A stretch of DNA of 51,339 bases from positions 2,718 through 54,056 of the forward strand of contig MHRI01000011.1 of NCBI GenBank assembly GCA_001820935.1, written 5' to 3'. Numbering within the stretch: the stretch's first letter is position 1; the number at the start of each line of letters is the position of its first letter. Of the stretch, positions 38,909 through 48,505 are shown piece by piece. Both the position numbers and the translations under genes were made by a program. Under the pieces are notes generated by a model, which was not told the DNA's origin, did not search any database, and worked only from the letters and a program-made list of their open reading frames with translations. Source of the stretch: Candidatus Taylorbacteria bacterium RIFCSPHIGHO2_01_FULL_51_15 (lineage in GTDB: Bacteria; Patescibacteriota; Minisyncoccia; Phycocordibacterales; UBA10002).

Positions 38909-39685
38909 ATGTTTAAAAAGAAATCCTTAGGTCAACACTTCCTCCGCGATCCGAAGATTCTCGGCAAGATTGTCGCGGCGGGGAAACTGACACTTGAAGA
39001 CTCTGTACTAGAAATCGGTCCCGGGGAAGGAGGGCTCACGATGCTCTTGCTGGCGAAGGTAAGGAAGGTCGTCGCGGTGGAGAAAGATGATCGCTTGATT
39101 CCCATACTGCGAGAAAGATTCGCTTCGGAAATTGCCTCGGGCAGACTTGAGCTTATCCACGCCGACATTCTTGACTTCTCCCCTACTAACTACTCACTAC
39201 TAGCTACTAACTACAAAGTGGTCGCCAACATCCCCTACTACATTACGGGCGCGCTCATGCGGAAATTTCTGCAGGAGGGACCAGAGCCTTGCATGATGGT
39301 GCTTCTCGTGCAAAAGGAGGTGGCAAGACGGATTGTGGCACAGGACGGTAGGGAGAGTATTCTTTCAATAAGCGTAAAAGCGTATGGAACTCCAAGATAC
39401 GTGGATACGGTCAAGGCGGGCTCATTTTCGCCACCACCGAACGTAGATTCAGCGATTATCGCAATTGAAGGAATTTCGAAAGAGTTTTTTACTCATTGCG
39501 GCGAGAAAAAATTCTTCGCGCTTCTCAAAAAGGGGTTCGCTCACCCAAGAAAGCTCCTCGCGTCAAACCTTGGGATTGAAACGGGGGTACTCGAAACGGC
39601 CGGCATCGCTCCAAACGCTCGGGCGGAAGTTCTCTCTCCAGAAGCTTGGAAAGATCTCGCGACTAAAATACTAGACGGACGCTAA
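38909..39685 (+). CDS. rsmA: 16S rRNA dimethyltransferase KsgA/RsmA
   Basis: KKSLGQHFL, LEIGPGEG, ANIPYYIT, QKEVA, FSPPPNVDS. Confidence 0.97.
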   Translation: MFKKKSLGQHFLRDPKILGKIVAAGKLTLEDSVLEIGPGEGGLTMLLLAKVRKVVAVEKDDRLIPILRERFASEIASGRLELIHADILDFSPTNYSLLATNYKVVANIPYYITGALMRKFLQEGPEPCMMVLLVQKEVARRIVAQDGRESILSISVKAYGTPRYVDTVKAGSFSPPPNVDSAIIAIEGISKEFFTHCGEKKFFALLKKGFAHPRKLLASNLGIETGVLETAGIAPNARAEVLSPEAWKDLATKILDGR

Positions 39686-40194
39686 GGAGTTGACCCGTTA
39701 TAAATGATAAGTGGCGCGAAAAAGAAAGGGAGCGGGGTCACCACGGGACAGAGCGATAGACCACAATAGACCCAGGAGACAAAAGGCGCTATGCATACCA
39801 TCGTCGGCAAATATTTGCCTATGATCTTTTGTCCGGGATGCATAGCCGGCCCCCATGGAAACGTGTATGCTCCCACACCTTGAAGCATGACAACTGGGGT
39901 ACCAACCGCAAGGGGAGTTAAGTTTACTTCCTGTACGCCATTGAGGCATCCTGGGCCTACCGGATACCAAAAGCTGTAGACCCCGGGGGGAGGAAACGTA
40001 GGGAGCGCACCTGCGCTCATGATACTTCCGGGGACGCCCGGTACGTTTAGCACTATGCCGGCAAAGTGAGGCAAGAGCGTGAGTCCCAATCCGAGGAAGC
40101 CCACGCCCAGAGCTTGTGCATGAACGCTTCCAGGAAGAACACACAGCATGAGCGCACAGAGACCCCCTCTCCACAATAGCGACAAGCTACGCAT
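39682..40194 (-). CDS. Hypothetical Pro/Gly/Cys-rich secreted or membrane protein
   Basis: Signal-like VLPGSVHA-QA, open frame, TATTAT 7 nt before ATG 40194. Confidence 0.65.
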   Translation of the reverse strand: MRSLSLLWRGGLCALMLCVLPGSVHAQALGVGFLGLGLTLLPHFAGIVLNVPGVPGSIMSAGALPTFPPPGVYSFWYPVGPGCLNGVQEVNLTPLAVGTPVVMLQGVGAYTFPWGPAMHPGQKIIGKYLPTMVCIAPFVSWVYCGLSLCPVVTPLPFFFAPLIIYNGSTP

Positions 40195-40212
40195 ATATGA
40201 AATAATAGTAAC

Positions 40213-41064
40213 ATGAAATTTAGCTTGCAAAGCGCTATCGTACTTTTCGTGCTAGCGATAGCAATAGTCGGAGGGGTACTCTGGAGCACTCGTTTTGCCA
40301 CTACAGCTGTCGAGAATTCTCCCGGCCTATCGAGAACATACAAACATCCAATTTTGTCCGAAGTATACATGTCGGAGAACGCTTCTGACACAGACGGTGA
40401 CGGAATTCCTGATTGGGAGGAGAAACTTCGCGGAATGGATCCGAACAAACCTGACTCAGAAGTAAGAGAGGCGAGCTCAGGAATTATACATGATCTTACT
40501 TTGCCCACATTGGAGACACCGGTATCTCCATCGTACAGGAGTGCTACAGCAATTCCCACAGAAACCCCTGCGATACCGCTCGAAGCAGGTAGCGAGAGTG
40601 CATCTCAAGATACCGCAGTTTCTATTGAGTTGCGTACACTTCTGCATAGTTTCGGAAATAATGTTGGTCTTGCATTATCACTCATATTTAATCAGTCCTT
40701 CGCAAGTGAAGAACAGGCATTATTCAAAAACACCGTTGGAACTTCGAGCGTGGATGCTTTGAAGAAACTTGCTCCGGTCGGAAACGCCTATAAAACTGTG
40801 TCGGAAACGCTTCGTCAAGTACAGCCTACTCCTGAAACACGGGAATTGCTCGCTAATCTCCACCGTGCGTATGATAGGATCGGAGGTGCAGTACTCTCAC
40901 TCGCTGATGCACCTACCGAAATACCCATTCTTGGAGAGAGATGGACGCGCTACTCTGAAGCGGCACTTGGTGTAGGAAAAGCTGTCTCTGACATGATTGT
41001 ATTTTTCAAGAAACAGGGAGTTGTATTTTCGCCAAGTGAACCGGGAAGTATTATTTCGTATTAA
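40213..41064 (+). CDS. Membrane-anchored protein with DxDxDG (TSP3-like Ca-binding) motif
   Basis: N-terminal TM; DTDGDGIPDWEEKLRGMDPNKPDS; helical C-terminus ending VVFSPSEPG. Confidence 0.85.
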   Translation: MKFSLQSAIVLFVLAIAIVGGVLWSTRFATTAVENSPGLSRTYKHPILSEVYMSENASDTDGDGIPDWEEKLRGMDPNKPDSEVREASSGIIHDLTLPTLETPVSPSYRSATAIPTETPAIPLEAGSESASQDTAVSIELRTLLHSFGNNVGLALSLIFNQSFASEEQALFKNTVGTSSVDALKKLAPVGNAYKTVSETLRQVQPTPETRELLANLHRAYDRIGGAVLSLADAPTEIPILGERWTRYSEAALGVGKAVSDMIVFFKKQGVVFSPSEPGSIISY

Positions 41065-41081
41065 CTTGTTAATCCATAACC

Positions 41082-42041
41082 ATGTCATGGGGTATGAAAA
41101 TTATGTTAGGAATCGGAGCAGCCATCCTGCTCGGCGGGGGTCTCTGGTTTTTATACACCGGTCGGAGTGAAGCTACGTTCAGGCGCGTGAGCCCCGAAGA
41201 TGCCAAGAGGGCAGCCGCGGTGCTCTCGAAGGATCAAGACGGCGACGAGCTTAAGGACTGGGAGGAAGAATTGTGGCGCACTGACCCCTTGAGCTCCGAC
41301 TCTGATGGAGATGGGACGCTCGATGGGGAAGAGATCAAACTCGGCAGAAATCCTCTGAAGGCAGGGTCCAATGATGAGCTGGATAAAGAAACGATTGAAT
41401 CAAAAACGGTTCCGGGAGGAGGGGATTGGACCGAGACCGATCGCCTTTCTCGAGAGCTTTTCGCCAAATACCTCGCTATCAAGCAATCGGGAGCGCCTTT
41501 CACCGCCGAGGAAGAAGAGGCACTGCTTGCAGATTTTATACACCGATACCCGGAACCAGCATCCATTACCGTATACACGGAAAGCGATATCCGTCTGACC
41601 GAAAAAGACGACGTTGCGGCCTGGCATGGGTATGGGAACGCGATTGGATCGGTGCTTGAGAAGCATAGAAATACAGGGGGCGAGAGTGAGCTTATCATAT
41701 TCGAGCGCGCGCTTGAAAATGAGGACGAAACCGATCTTGCGAGCATAGAGACCCGCGTAGAGCGTTATGAACGGCTACTTCTTGACTTTAAAGCTCTACC
41801 GGCACCAAAAAGTATGCAGCCTATGGCTGTGGCCCTCCTTAATGCCCTTGAAGCCCTCAAACAGAGCGTCGGTGGTATGACGCTTGCGTTTACCGATCCC
41901 GTGCGGGCGCTCTCTTTTGCAACCGCGTATCCGAGCGCGATAGATACGCTCACCGAAAGCTTTGGGCGTATCGCCCTGTTTTTCCAAGATAATGAAGTGG
42001 TGTTTGGGAAGGATGAAGCGGGATACATTCTTACCCAATAA
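41082..42041 (+). CDS. Paralogous TSP3-like repeat protein
   Basis: DQDGDELKDWEE..WRTDP..SDSDGDGTLDGEE...RNP; C-terminus VVFGKDEAG similar to the upstream gene. Confidence 0.87.
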   Translation: MSWGMKIMLGIGAAILLGGGLWFLYTGRSEATFRRVSPEDAKRAAAVLSKDQDGDELKDWEEELWRTDPLSSDSDGDGTLDGEEIKLGRNPLKAGSNDELDKETIESKTVPGGGDWTETDRLSRELFAKYLAIKQSGAPFTAEEEEALLADFIHRYPEPASITVYTESDIRLTEKDDVAAWHGYGNAIGSVLEKHRNTGGESELIIFERALENEDETDLASIETRVERYERLLLDFKALPAPKSMQPMAVALLNALEALKQSVGGMTLAFTDPVRALSFATAYPSAIDTLTESFGRIALFFQDNEVVFGKDEAGYILTQ

Positions 42042-42050
42042 GCAAGATGT

Positions 42051-42551
42051 AAAGCACAGTGTCCAAAAAGCCAAATAATGAAACAACCCAAAGCACAGTG
42101 TCCAAAAGGCCAAACAAAAAAGTAGAATTCACAAAAAATGGGACAGCGTATGGAATCAAAGGAGACAAACAGATATCGAGAGTTGGAAAATCGCACGGCA
42201 ACATTTGCAAAGCAAACGATTGGAGTTTGCCTTAAATTACCGAGGAATAGAGTAAACGATCCACTAGTTAGCCAAGTTATTAGAGCCTCGGGGTCAGTCG
42301 GAGCAAATTATCGTGAAGCAAACGAAGCGTTGGGAAAGAAAGACTTTGTGTATCGTTTAGGGGTTGCTCGTAAGGAGGCGAAGGAAGCACAGTACTGGTT
42401 TGAACTACTAGTGGAGGCAAATCCCCTGCAAAGGGAAGCATTAACGGTGCTTTTGAGAGAGGCGGAAGAACTTCGCAACATCTTATCTGCAATCATAAAC
42501 AAGGTCTCTTAGCCCCTTTGTTTGGCTTTTTGGGTATTGTGTTTTGTGCTA
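42051..42551. mobile_element. Family A inverted arms enclosing a four-helix-bundle gene
   Basis: Left arm AAAGCACAGTGTCCAAAA(A/G)GCCAAA x2 (42051-42121); right arm TTTGTTTGGCTTTTTGGGTATTGTGTTTTG (42517-42547). Confidence 0.6.
42138..42512 (+). CDS. Four-helix-bundle protein (23S rRNA IVP / TIGR02436-like)
   Basis: LENRT..FA...QVIRASGSVGANYREA.EA..KKDF..RL..ARKEAKEAQYW.EL...EAEEL..IL. Confidence 0.92.
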   Translation: MGQRMESKETNRYRELENRTATFAKQTIGVCLKLPRNRVNDPLVSQVIRASGSVGANYREANEALGKKDFVYRLGVARKEAKEAQYWFELLVEANPLQREALTVLLREAEELRNILSAIINKVS

Positions 42552-42613
42552 CTGCGTCTTATCCACTTTGTATACACCGCTTATCCACAATCCTCTGCTA
42601 TAATGGAAGGGAT

Positions 42614-45301
42614 GTGAGAGCGGTTCACACCAAACCCAGCACCTTTGTCGTGAAGCCAGAAGCTTTACGGGGCATTTGTGTATGGAAAAAGGGAGGAAAT
42701 GCGTTCGGCCCATACCGAATCTCAAGGGTGTTGGGCAAGCTACTCCTCGGTTTTTTGACTGCACTACTAATTATGCCGGTCTTCTTTTTCATGCGTCCTC
42801 AAAAAGCTGAAGCGCTGGTTTCGTTAGCCCAATGTTTTGCCGCTAAAGGAACCGCTTCGGCCACTGCTGGATCCTCTGCGGCAGCAGCAGCGGTTGCGAG
42901 CGTACCGACAAGCGACGTCACGAATACCGTTACGACGGCGCAAGGCACTGCTGGTACTGATTGGTCCGCCTGCTTCATGAAGGGACTCACGAAGGTGATC
43001 GCGAAAACGCTTCTGCACACCTTTACGCAGTCAATCGTGAACTGGATCAATACCGGTTTCGAAGGGTCGCCTTCGTTCATCACCAATCCCGAAGGGTTCT
43101 TGAACGACATTGCCGATCAGACGATCGGACGTGTGATAGAAGATATTTCGCCGCTCCTCTGTTCTCCATTTAGGTTAGATATAAAGTTTGCACTCGGACT
43201 TAACATGTCGCTGAACACCCGAGAAGAGATTCATTGCCGCCTTACGGATGTGATCGCGAATGTCCGCGGAGCTTATGACGGATTCGTCGCTGGTACCGTT
43301 GGGTCTGGCAATTTGAGCAACTGGATACATATCGCGGGGACTCCACAGAATAATCCCTACGGCGCCTACATCGCAACCACGAATAAATTGAGTGCGAGTA
43401 TCACATCAGCTACCGGACAACAAATCAAACTCCTCGATTGGGGCAAAGGATTCAAGTCATGGAGAAGCTGTAAGAAGTGGGGACCCGATATCAAAGAAGG
43501 AAATCCTCCCAGAGTCGTGCGTAAGGGAGCTTGTATCGAGGAAGGTCCTATCAAAACCCCAGGTTCTATCATTCAAGATCAGGCTACCGGAGCGCTCGGC
43601 ACCACACTGCGTGAGCTTGAAGTTGCCGATGAGATTGATGAGGTGGTCGGAGCGCTTATCAACCAACTCCTCGTAAAGGTGATGAGTGCCGGAGGAGGAC
43701 TCCTCGGTGCGAGTAGTGGTGGCGGTTCAAGTGGCGGAAGCGCTACCGGCTCTCTAGCTACCAACCCGAACTTTGTGCTCGCTAACGCGGATGCCAAAAC
43801 GCCCGAAGGTATCAACTGCCGCTTGCGGTATTATCCGGCAACCGTAGAAGATCCTGAGGGGAGCGGGGTATATGTACCCGATAACAGCGCTGCAAGTGCG
43901 CTCAACAATAGCAATCAAGTATGGACAGACAATCTAGGCGTTGGCAAAACAGTGGGCGTGACAGGAAATGATACCCGACCGCTCGTGCCAGCAAAATATA
44001 TCAAGCAAGGAGTCGCCGAACCTGTAAGCGTGGAAAAAGATCCCGGACAAACCTGGGAAGTCTATTTCGCGAAGATCCGAGCCGGGTGCGAAAATGAGTG
44101 GAACACGCTTATTGATAATGCTTCGACAGTGGGGCTTGGGAAGTATACAGGGGGATCGGTGACCACTTCAGACAAACCAACTACTCCTCAAACTCAAACG
44201 GTGGAAGGCAACATGGCACAGGGAAAAAGGGTGACGCAATCAAGCTCATGTGTTGGTTTTCCTCTATTTCTGCCTGAACCATATGCGTATGTTGCGGTTG
44301 ACGGAAACCGTTCGCCGGGCAATGCGTACATTGCCACCATTGCGTGCACACAGAGGGAGGCAAATCCATGGTGGGAAGTTGACCTTGAAACCAATGACCG
44401 TAGCAACAAAAAGGAAACGGAAACGAAAGAAATTACGAGCATACGAATTTATGGTGCCGGCAGCTGGAATAACGGTACCGACCTTGGGAATAATGCCCTC
44501 TTCTCGCCGGGAGTGATCGTATCCGTGCTCGACAGCAATCGGATGACAGTCTACACGGTAGCGGGCCTGTTGCGGATTGACTCACAGCGCCCATTCGTTG
44601 AGGCATCAATTCCGAAAATACGCGGAAGGTACGTCCGGATAGAGGCGAAAATGGAACCGGGGAAAGCCCCACGCCCTCTGCTCATTGCCGAAGTTGAAGT
44701 CTTCGGGACACAAATTCGCCTTGACGCATCGGGAAACACTACGGCGCCTATTGTTCCCTTCGGCTTTTCCTCGATCAAACCACAGAATCTGCCCAGGCCA
44801 GAGCCCGGTGTGACATTCGGATGGAGTAATATAACCTTTGTGCCAAACCAGTCACAGAGCAAGGCGGAGGAGGGTATCAGACTGCGAGCAAGATTCTACG
44901 AATGTAAGAATGAGCAGAATTGCACGGGAAAAGATGATGAGTTCCAGCAAAACCCAAGCCCATTTACCAACTGGTTCACACAGTTAGAACTCACGTATAG
45001 CGTGCAGAATGTGAGGAGCAACAAATTCGCCATTATGCCTTCTTCTGGAGGGTATATCTACAATACAGATCCAGATACGGGAGTCTTGGTTGAGCCGCCG
45101 CCCAATTGTGATGAAGAGTGTGTACACGGGATTGTCTTCGCCAAAAATCTTTCGGTTGAAAACTATTCGATCAACGTCTCTATGACAGGAACCCTCAATA
45201 CGGGAACTAAAGCGAAGAAACCATTGCGACTTGTAGTCGAAGTCCTCGACAGAACTGGAATCCCAATCGGATCAGCTATAGCAAATTTCGTGACGCAATA
45301 G
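42614..45301 (+). CDS. Large secreted protein with F5/8-type (fucolectin/discoidin-like) domain; start uncertain
   Basis: Signal ...PQKAEA; TQSIVNWINTGFEGSP.F N-terminal domain; NMAQGKRVTQSS...AVDGN...PWWEVDL...GRYVRI...IAEVEVFG at ~44209-44707. Confidence 0.8.
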   Translation: MRAVHTKPSTFVVKPEALRGICVWKKGGNAFGPYRISRVLGKLLLGFLTALLIMPVFFFMRPQKAEALVSLAQCFAAKGTASATAGSSAAAAAVASVPTSDVTNTVTTAQGTAGTDWSACFMKGLTKVIAKTLLHTFTQSIVNWINTGFEGSPSFITNPEGFLNDIADQTIGRVIEDISPLLCSPFRLDIKFALGLNMSLNTREEIHCRLTDVIANVRGAYDGFVAGTVGSGNLSNWIHIAGTPQNNPYGAYIATTNKLSASITSATGQQIKLLDWGKGFKSWRSCKKWGPDIKEGNPPRVVRKGACIEEGPIKTPGSIIQDQATGALGTTLRELEVADEIDEVVGALINQLLVKVMSAGGGLLGASSGGGSSGGSATGSLATNPNFVLANADAKTPEGINCRLRYYPATVEDPEGSGVYVPDNSAASALNNSNQVWTDNLGVGKTVGVTGNDTRPLVPAKYIKQGVAEPVSVEKDPGQTWEVYFAKIRAGCENEWNTLIDNASTVGLGKYTGGSVTTSDKPTTPQTQTVEGNMAQGKRVTQSSSCVGFPLFLPEPYAYVAVDGNRSPGNAYIATIACTQREANPWWEVDLETNDRSNKKETETKEITSIRIYGAGSWNNGTDLGNNALFSPGVIVSVLDSNRMTVYTVAGLLRIDSQRPFVEASIPKIRGRYVRIEAKMEPGKAPRPLLIAEVEVFGTQIRLDASGNTTAPIVPFGFSSIKPQNLPRPEPGVTFGWSNITFVPNQSQSKAEEGIRLRARFYECKNEQNCTGKDDEFQQNPSPFTNWFTQLELTYSVQNVRSNKFAIMPSSGGYIYNTDPDTGVLVEPPPNCDEECVHGIVFAKNLSVENYSINVSMTGTLNTGTKAKKPLRLVVEVLDRTGIPIGSAIANFVTQ

Positions 45302-45311
45302 AATACATTTC

Positions 45312-48300
45312 ATGACCTTCTTTCGCGACAAAAAATACCATACCATCTGTGCCAGCGTTGCCCTGCTTATCATGCTGGGCACTTCGGGGATGCTGGCTTT
45401 GCCGCTCATCGCAAGCGCGCAACGTCTACCCACGCCGAAGCTCCAAGGCGATAATATTGACTTCTTCAACCCAAACGCCAATAACGATTTCCTCACACCG
45501 GTATATATACCTTCAAATTCTGTGGAGTTACCACAAGCGGGAGTAGGGACGGCGGCTGAAAAGCAAGCCAATGACGCGAGAATAGCGGTGAATCAACGAA
45601 GTCAGGCGGATGAACTCGCCGCAAAGTTTACCTGTTTGGGGTGGAATGTCGGCATTAACATAAAGGGATGCCTAGCCGGTATCATGGACATTATTATGTG
45701 GATTGCCGCGCGGGCACTATGGGTCGCGGGAATCCTCTTTAACGTTACCCTCTACTTCACCCTCAATTTGAGTGCACTCCTCGACAAGATGCCGATTGTG
45801 GATATCGGCTGGAAGGTGCTTCGCGATCTTGCGAACATCGTGTTCATTTTCATCACACTCTGGTGCGGTATCTCGATCACGCTCGGCATCGGGGATAACG
45901 GCAAGAAAGCGTGGGGCTACCTCGCGCAGATGGTGCTGGTCGCGCTTTTCATTAACTTCTCGCTCTTTATCACAAAAGCCGTGGTGGATGTTTCGAACAT
46001 TGCCGCACTCCACTTCTATTCGCTCACCGTGGATCCAGAACACCAAAAGGACTGGGATGGGGGAATTTCCGAAGCGTATCTCTACGGCCTCAAGCTCTCT
46101 ACGCTGTATAACATTAAGCAGATCGGCGCATGGGATTCAAACAGGAACTCTCTTGTTGGGTCACAGCTCAAAAGTGCCGGAAAAGATAATCTAGATTTCG
46201 GTAATATCATCCTTATCGGCTTTTTCGGTTCGCTCCTCATCATCGTGACGGCGTGGGTATTCTTCGCGGGAGCAATCATGTTTATCTACCGCGCCATCAC
46301 ACTTATCATCCTTATGATGCTCTCACCGCTCGCGTTCGTCGGACTCATTCTCCCCGGCGCGTCCGGCATGGCGCATCAGTGGTGGAGCAAGCTCTGGAGT
46401 CAGGCATTCTTCGCACCACTCTACCTCGCGCTTGCCTACATTGTCGTGCGCACGATTAATTCAGATAGCTTTCAACTCTCGCTACTAGGGGGCGCGAGTG
46501 GATCAGGTCTTGTTGGGGCCCTTACCGGCAGCGACCCGAATGCGATCGCCGTTATCTTCAACTTCATCATCCTCATCGGGCTTATGGTGGGGTCGCTTAT
46601 GGTCGCTTCGCACCTCGGTGCCCGCGGAAGCGAAATGGCCATGGCCGGGTGGGAGAAAAGCCAGGGGGCAACTATTGGTATCGTCGGAGCTACTACGCGC
46701 GGTATAATTAAGACACCTTCAGCCACATTACGCGGGGCGGGAAATATAGTCTCAAACACTCCAAAAGGTTTGGGCAGAGCAACTAGCTGGATGGCGAACA
46801 CGCGATTGCTTAAGGGCAGCCGCCTCGGCAATGTCGTCGCCGGTCTTGGAAACAAAATGCAAAAACGTGGACAAGAATTTCATGAGCGTGGGATCGGGAA
46901 AAAAATTCGCAAGGTTACGGGGGTGGCCAGCAAGGCTATGGACGTGCGCTATTTGGAAGAGAGAGCTGGGCAGAGCTGGCTCGGTAATACCACTATAGGG
47001 AAAGGCGTACGTGCCGCAACGATAGGGGGCGCTGCCAATCTGAAAATTGGCGACAAGTCACTGCAAGAAGCACACGAGGTAGGTGAGGAGCAAGAAACTG
47101 CCCGCCACATCATCAGTCTTATTGCGGAGGCGAGAGGGAGAGGCAGCGAGCTTGAGCCCCTGTGGCACGAACAGGATCACCTGAATCAGGAAAAAGTAGA
47201 CGCGGAGAAAAAGCAGGAGGAAGGTAGAAAAGAGCTGGAACAGGCAGAACGGCGGCCACTCACGGCACAGGAGAAGAAGAAAGTGCAGGAAGCCGAAAAG
47301 GAACTCGAACAAGCAAAGGTAATACCCGACGAGCGCAAGAAAGAGATACAGAAACAAAAACAAAAAATCCAGGAGTCGGACAAAAACGTCGCTGCCGCGA
47401 AAACCTACGCGGCGGCGCATCCCAACGATGCAAACGCACAAGAGGAGGTGAAAAAAGCAGACGCCGAACTCGCGAAGCGCTTCGAACGTCTCAAGGAGCT
47501 CGAAACGCACACGCCCGAAGAACAGGAACGCATCGCAGCGGCCGAAGCGAGGCTGGAGGCGGCCCGGTATAGGGCTGATCCGGAGCTTATCAAACAGCGG
47601 AAGACAGAGTTAGTCGCGGCGAAGCAGCCGACTCCCGAGCATCAGGAGAAGATACAGAAGTCCGAATCAACGCTCGAAGAAGCAAAGACGTTGCTTAAGA
47701 AAAAAACAGAGGAGCGTGAGGAGAGTGAGAGGAAGACGGGGGTGCGGGACATTGTGCTTCGCTCCGAAGAGGAAAAGCTCGAAAATCTAGTCAAACGCCG
47801 TACGGAAGCCGCCGAAGAAACAAGGAAACTGACCGCCGAAGAACAGGGCAGAGTGGCAAAGGCCGAAAAAGCGCTTGATGAAGCTTTGCATCCGCCGCTC
47901 ACCAAGGAGCAGGAAGACGCAAAGGAAGTCGCGATCAGAGTGGCTAATGACAAACTGGATAAAGCAGCTGAAGATCTTGAAAGAGCGAGCAAAAATCTTG
48001 CCAAGTTTAAACAGGAGAAAGGAGCTAAGATGGCGGAACTGGTCGCAAAGCGTTCGAACGCCTTCTCGAAGATGTCGGCGCAGGAGTTCGTCCACTATGC
48101 CCCGAAGGAAGACAAGAAGCGCATGGACTTCGAAAGCGATCCGCCAGGCCACTTCCTCGCCGTGATGGAGGATGAGCACTTAACCGAGGAGGAAAAAGAG
48201 GAGGCGACGCATCATTATGTACATCGTCTATGGCAAGAGGCGCGCCGAGGAGAGAATCGAAATGAACGCTTTAATGAACTCCTCCTCAATTTCCAAAAGA

Positions 48301-48446
48301 AATTTGGCAAAAAAATGCAAGTGGTGGAGCGTCTTGCCAAGGAGCTTGAACGTCAGGGTTTTGTAGAGCAGCTGAAAGAATTGCGACGTAAAATTACTGA
48401 AGCGGAGGAAAGGGAAGAGGAGGAGCGGAGAAGGAGGAATGGTTAA
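45312..48446 (+). CDS. Polytopic membrane protein (VirB6/TrbL-like) with long charged coiled-coil tail
   Basis: GWKVLRDLANIVFIF, VALFINFSLFITK.VVD.SN, R.I.L..L..LSPLAF...ILP, WW..L...AFFAP; E/K-rich C-terminal half. The family call is from recall. Confidence 0.75.
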   Translation: MTFFRDKKYHTICASVALLIMLGTSGMLALPLIASAQRLPTPKLQGDNIDFFNPNANNDFLTPVYIPSNSVELPQAGVGTAAEKQANDARIAVNQRSQADELAAKFTCLGWNVGINIKGCLAGIMDIIMWIAARALWVAGILFNVTLYFTLNLSALLDKMPIVDIGWKVLRDLANIVFIFITLWCGISITLGIGDNGKKAWGYLAQMVLVALFINFSLFITKAVVDVSNIAALHFYSLTVDPEHQKDWDGGISEAYLYGLKLSTLYNIKQIGAWDSNRNSLVGSQLKSAGKDNLDFGNIILIGFFGSLLIIVTAWVFFAGAIMFIYRAITLIILMMLSPLAFVGLILPGASGMAHQWWSKLWSQAFFAPLYLALAYIVVRTINSDSFQLSLLGGASGSGLVGALTGSDPNAIAVIFNFIILIGLMVGSLMVASHLGARGSEMAMAGWEKSQGATIGIVGATTRGIIKTPSATLRGAGNIVSNTPKGLGRATSWMANTRLLKGSRLGNVVAGLGNKMQKRGQEFHERGIGKKIRKVTGVASKAMDVRYLEERAGQSWLGNTTIGKGVRAATIGGAANLKIGDKSLQEAHEVGEEQETARHIISLIAEARGRGSELEPLWHEQDHLNQEKVDAEKKQEEGRKELEQAERRPLTAQEKKKVQEAEKELEQAKVIPDERKKEIQKQKQKIQESDKNVAAAKTYAAAHPNDANAQEEVKKADAELAKRFERLKELETHTPEEQERIAAAEARLEAARYRADPELIKQRKTELVAAKQPTPEHQEKIQKSESTLEEAKTLLKKKTEEREESERKTGVRDIVLRSEEEKLENLVKRRTEAAEETRKLTAEEQGRVAKAEKALDEALHPPLTKEQEDAKEVAIRVANDKLDKAAEDLERASKNLAKFKQEKGAKMAELVAKRSNAFSKMSAQEFVHYAPKEDKKRMDFESDPPGHFLAVMEDEHLTEEEKEEATHHYVHRLWQEARRGENRNERFNELLLNFQKKFGKKMQVVERLAKELERQGFVEQLKELRRKITEAEEREEEERRRRNG

Positions 48447-48505
48447 AAACTCATAAGAATAATAGGCGAGTGACGTTGGTAAATATTAATAAGTAATAAG
48501 CCATT

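Noticed and set aside
42138..42512. Diversity-generating retroelement (Avd-like gene near a lectin gene)
   Set aside because: No reverse transcriptase, and I found no TR/VR pair differing at adenines.
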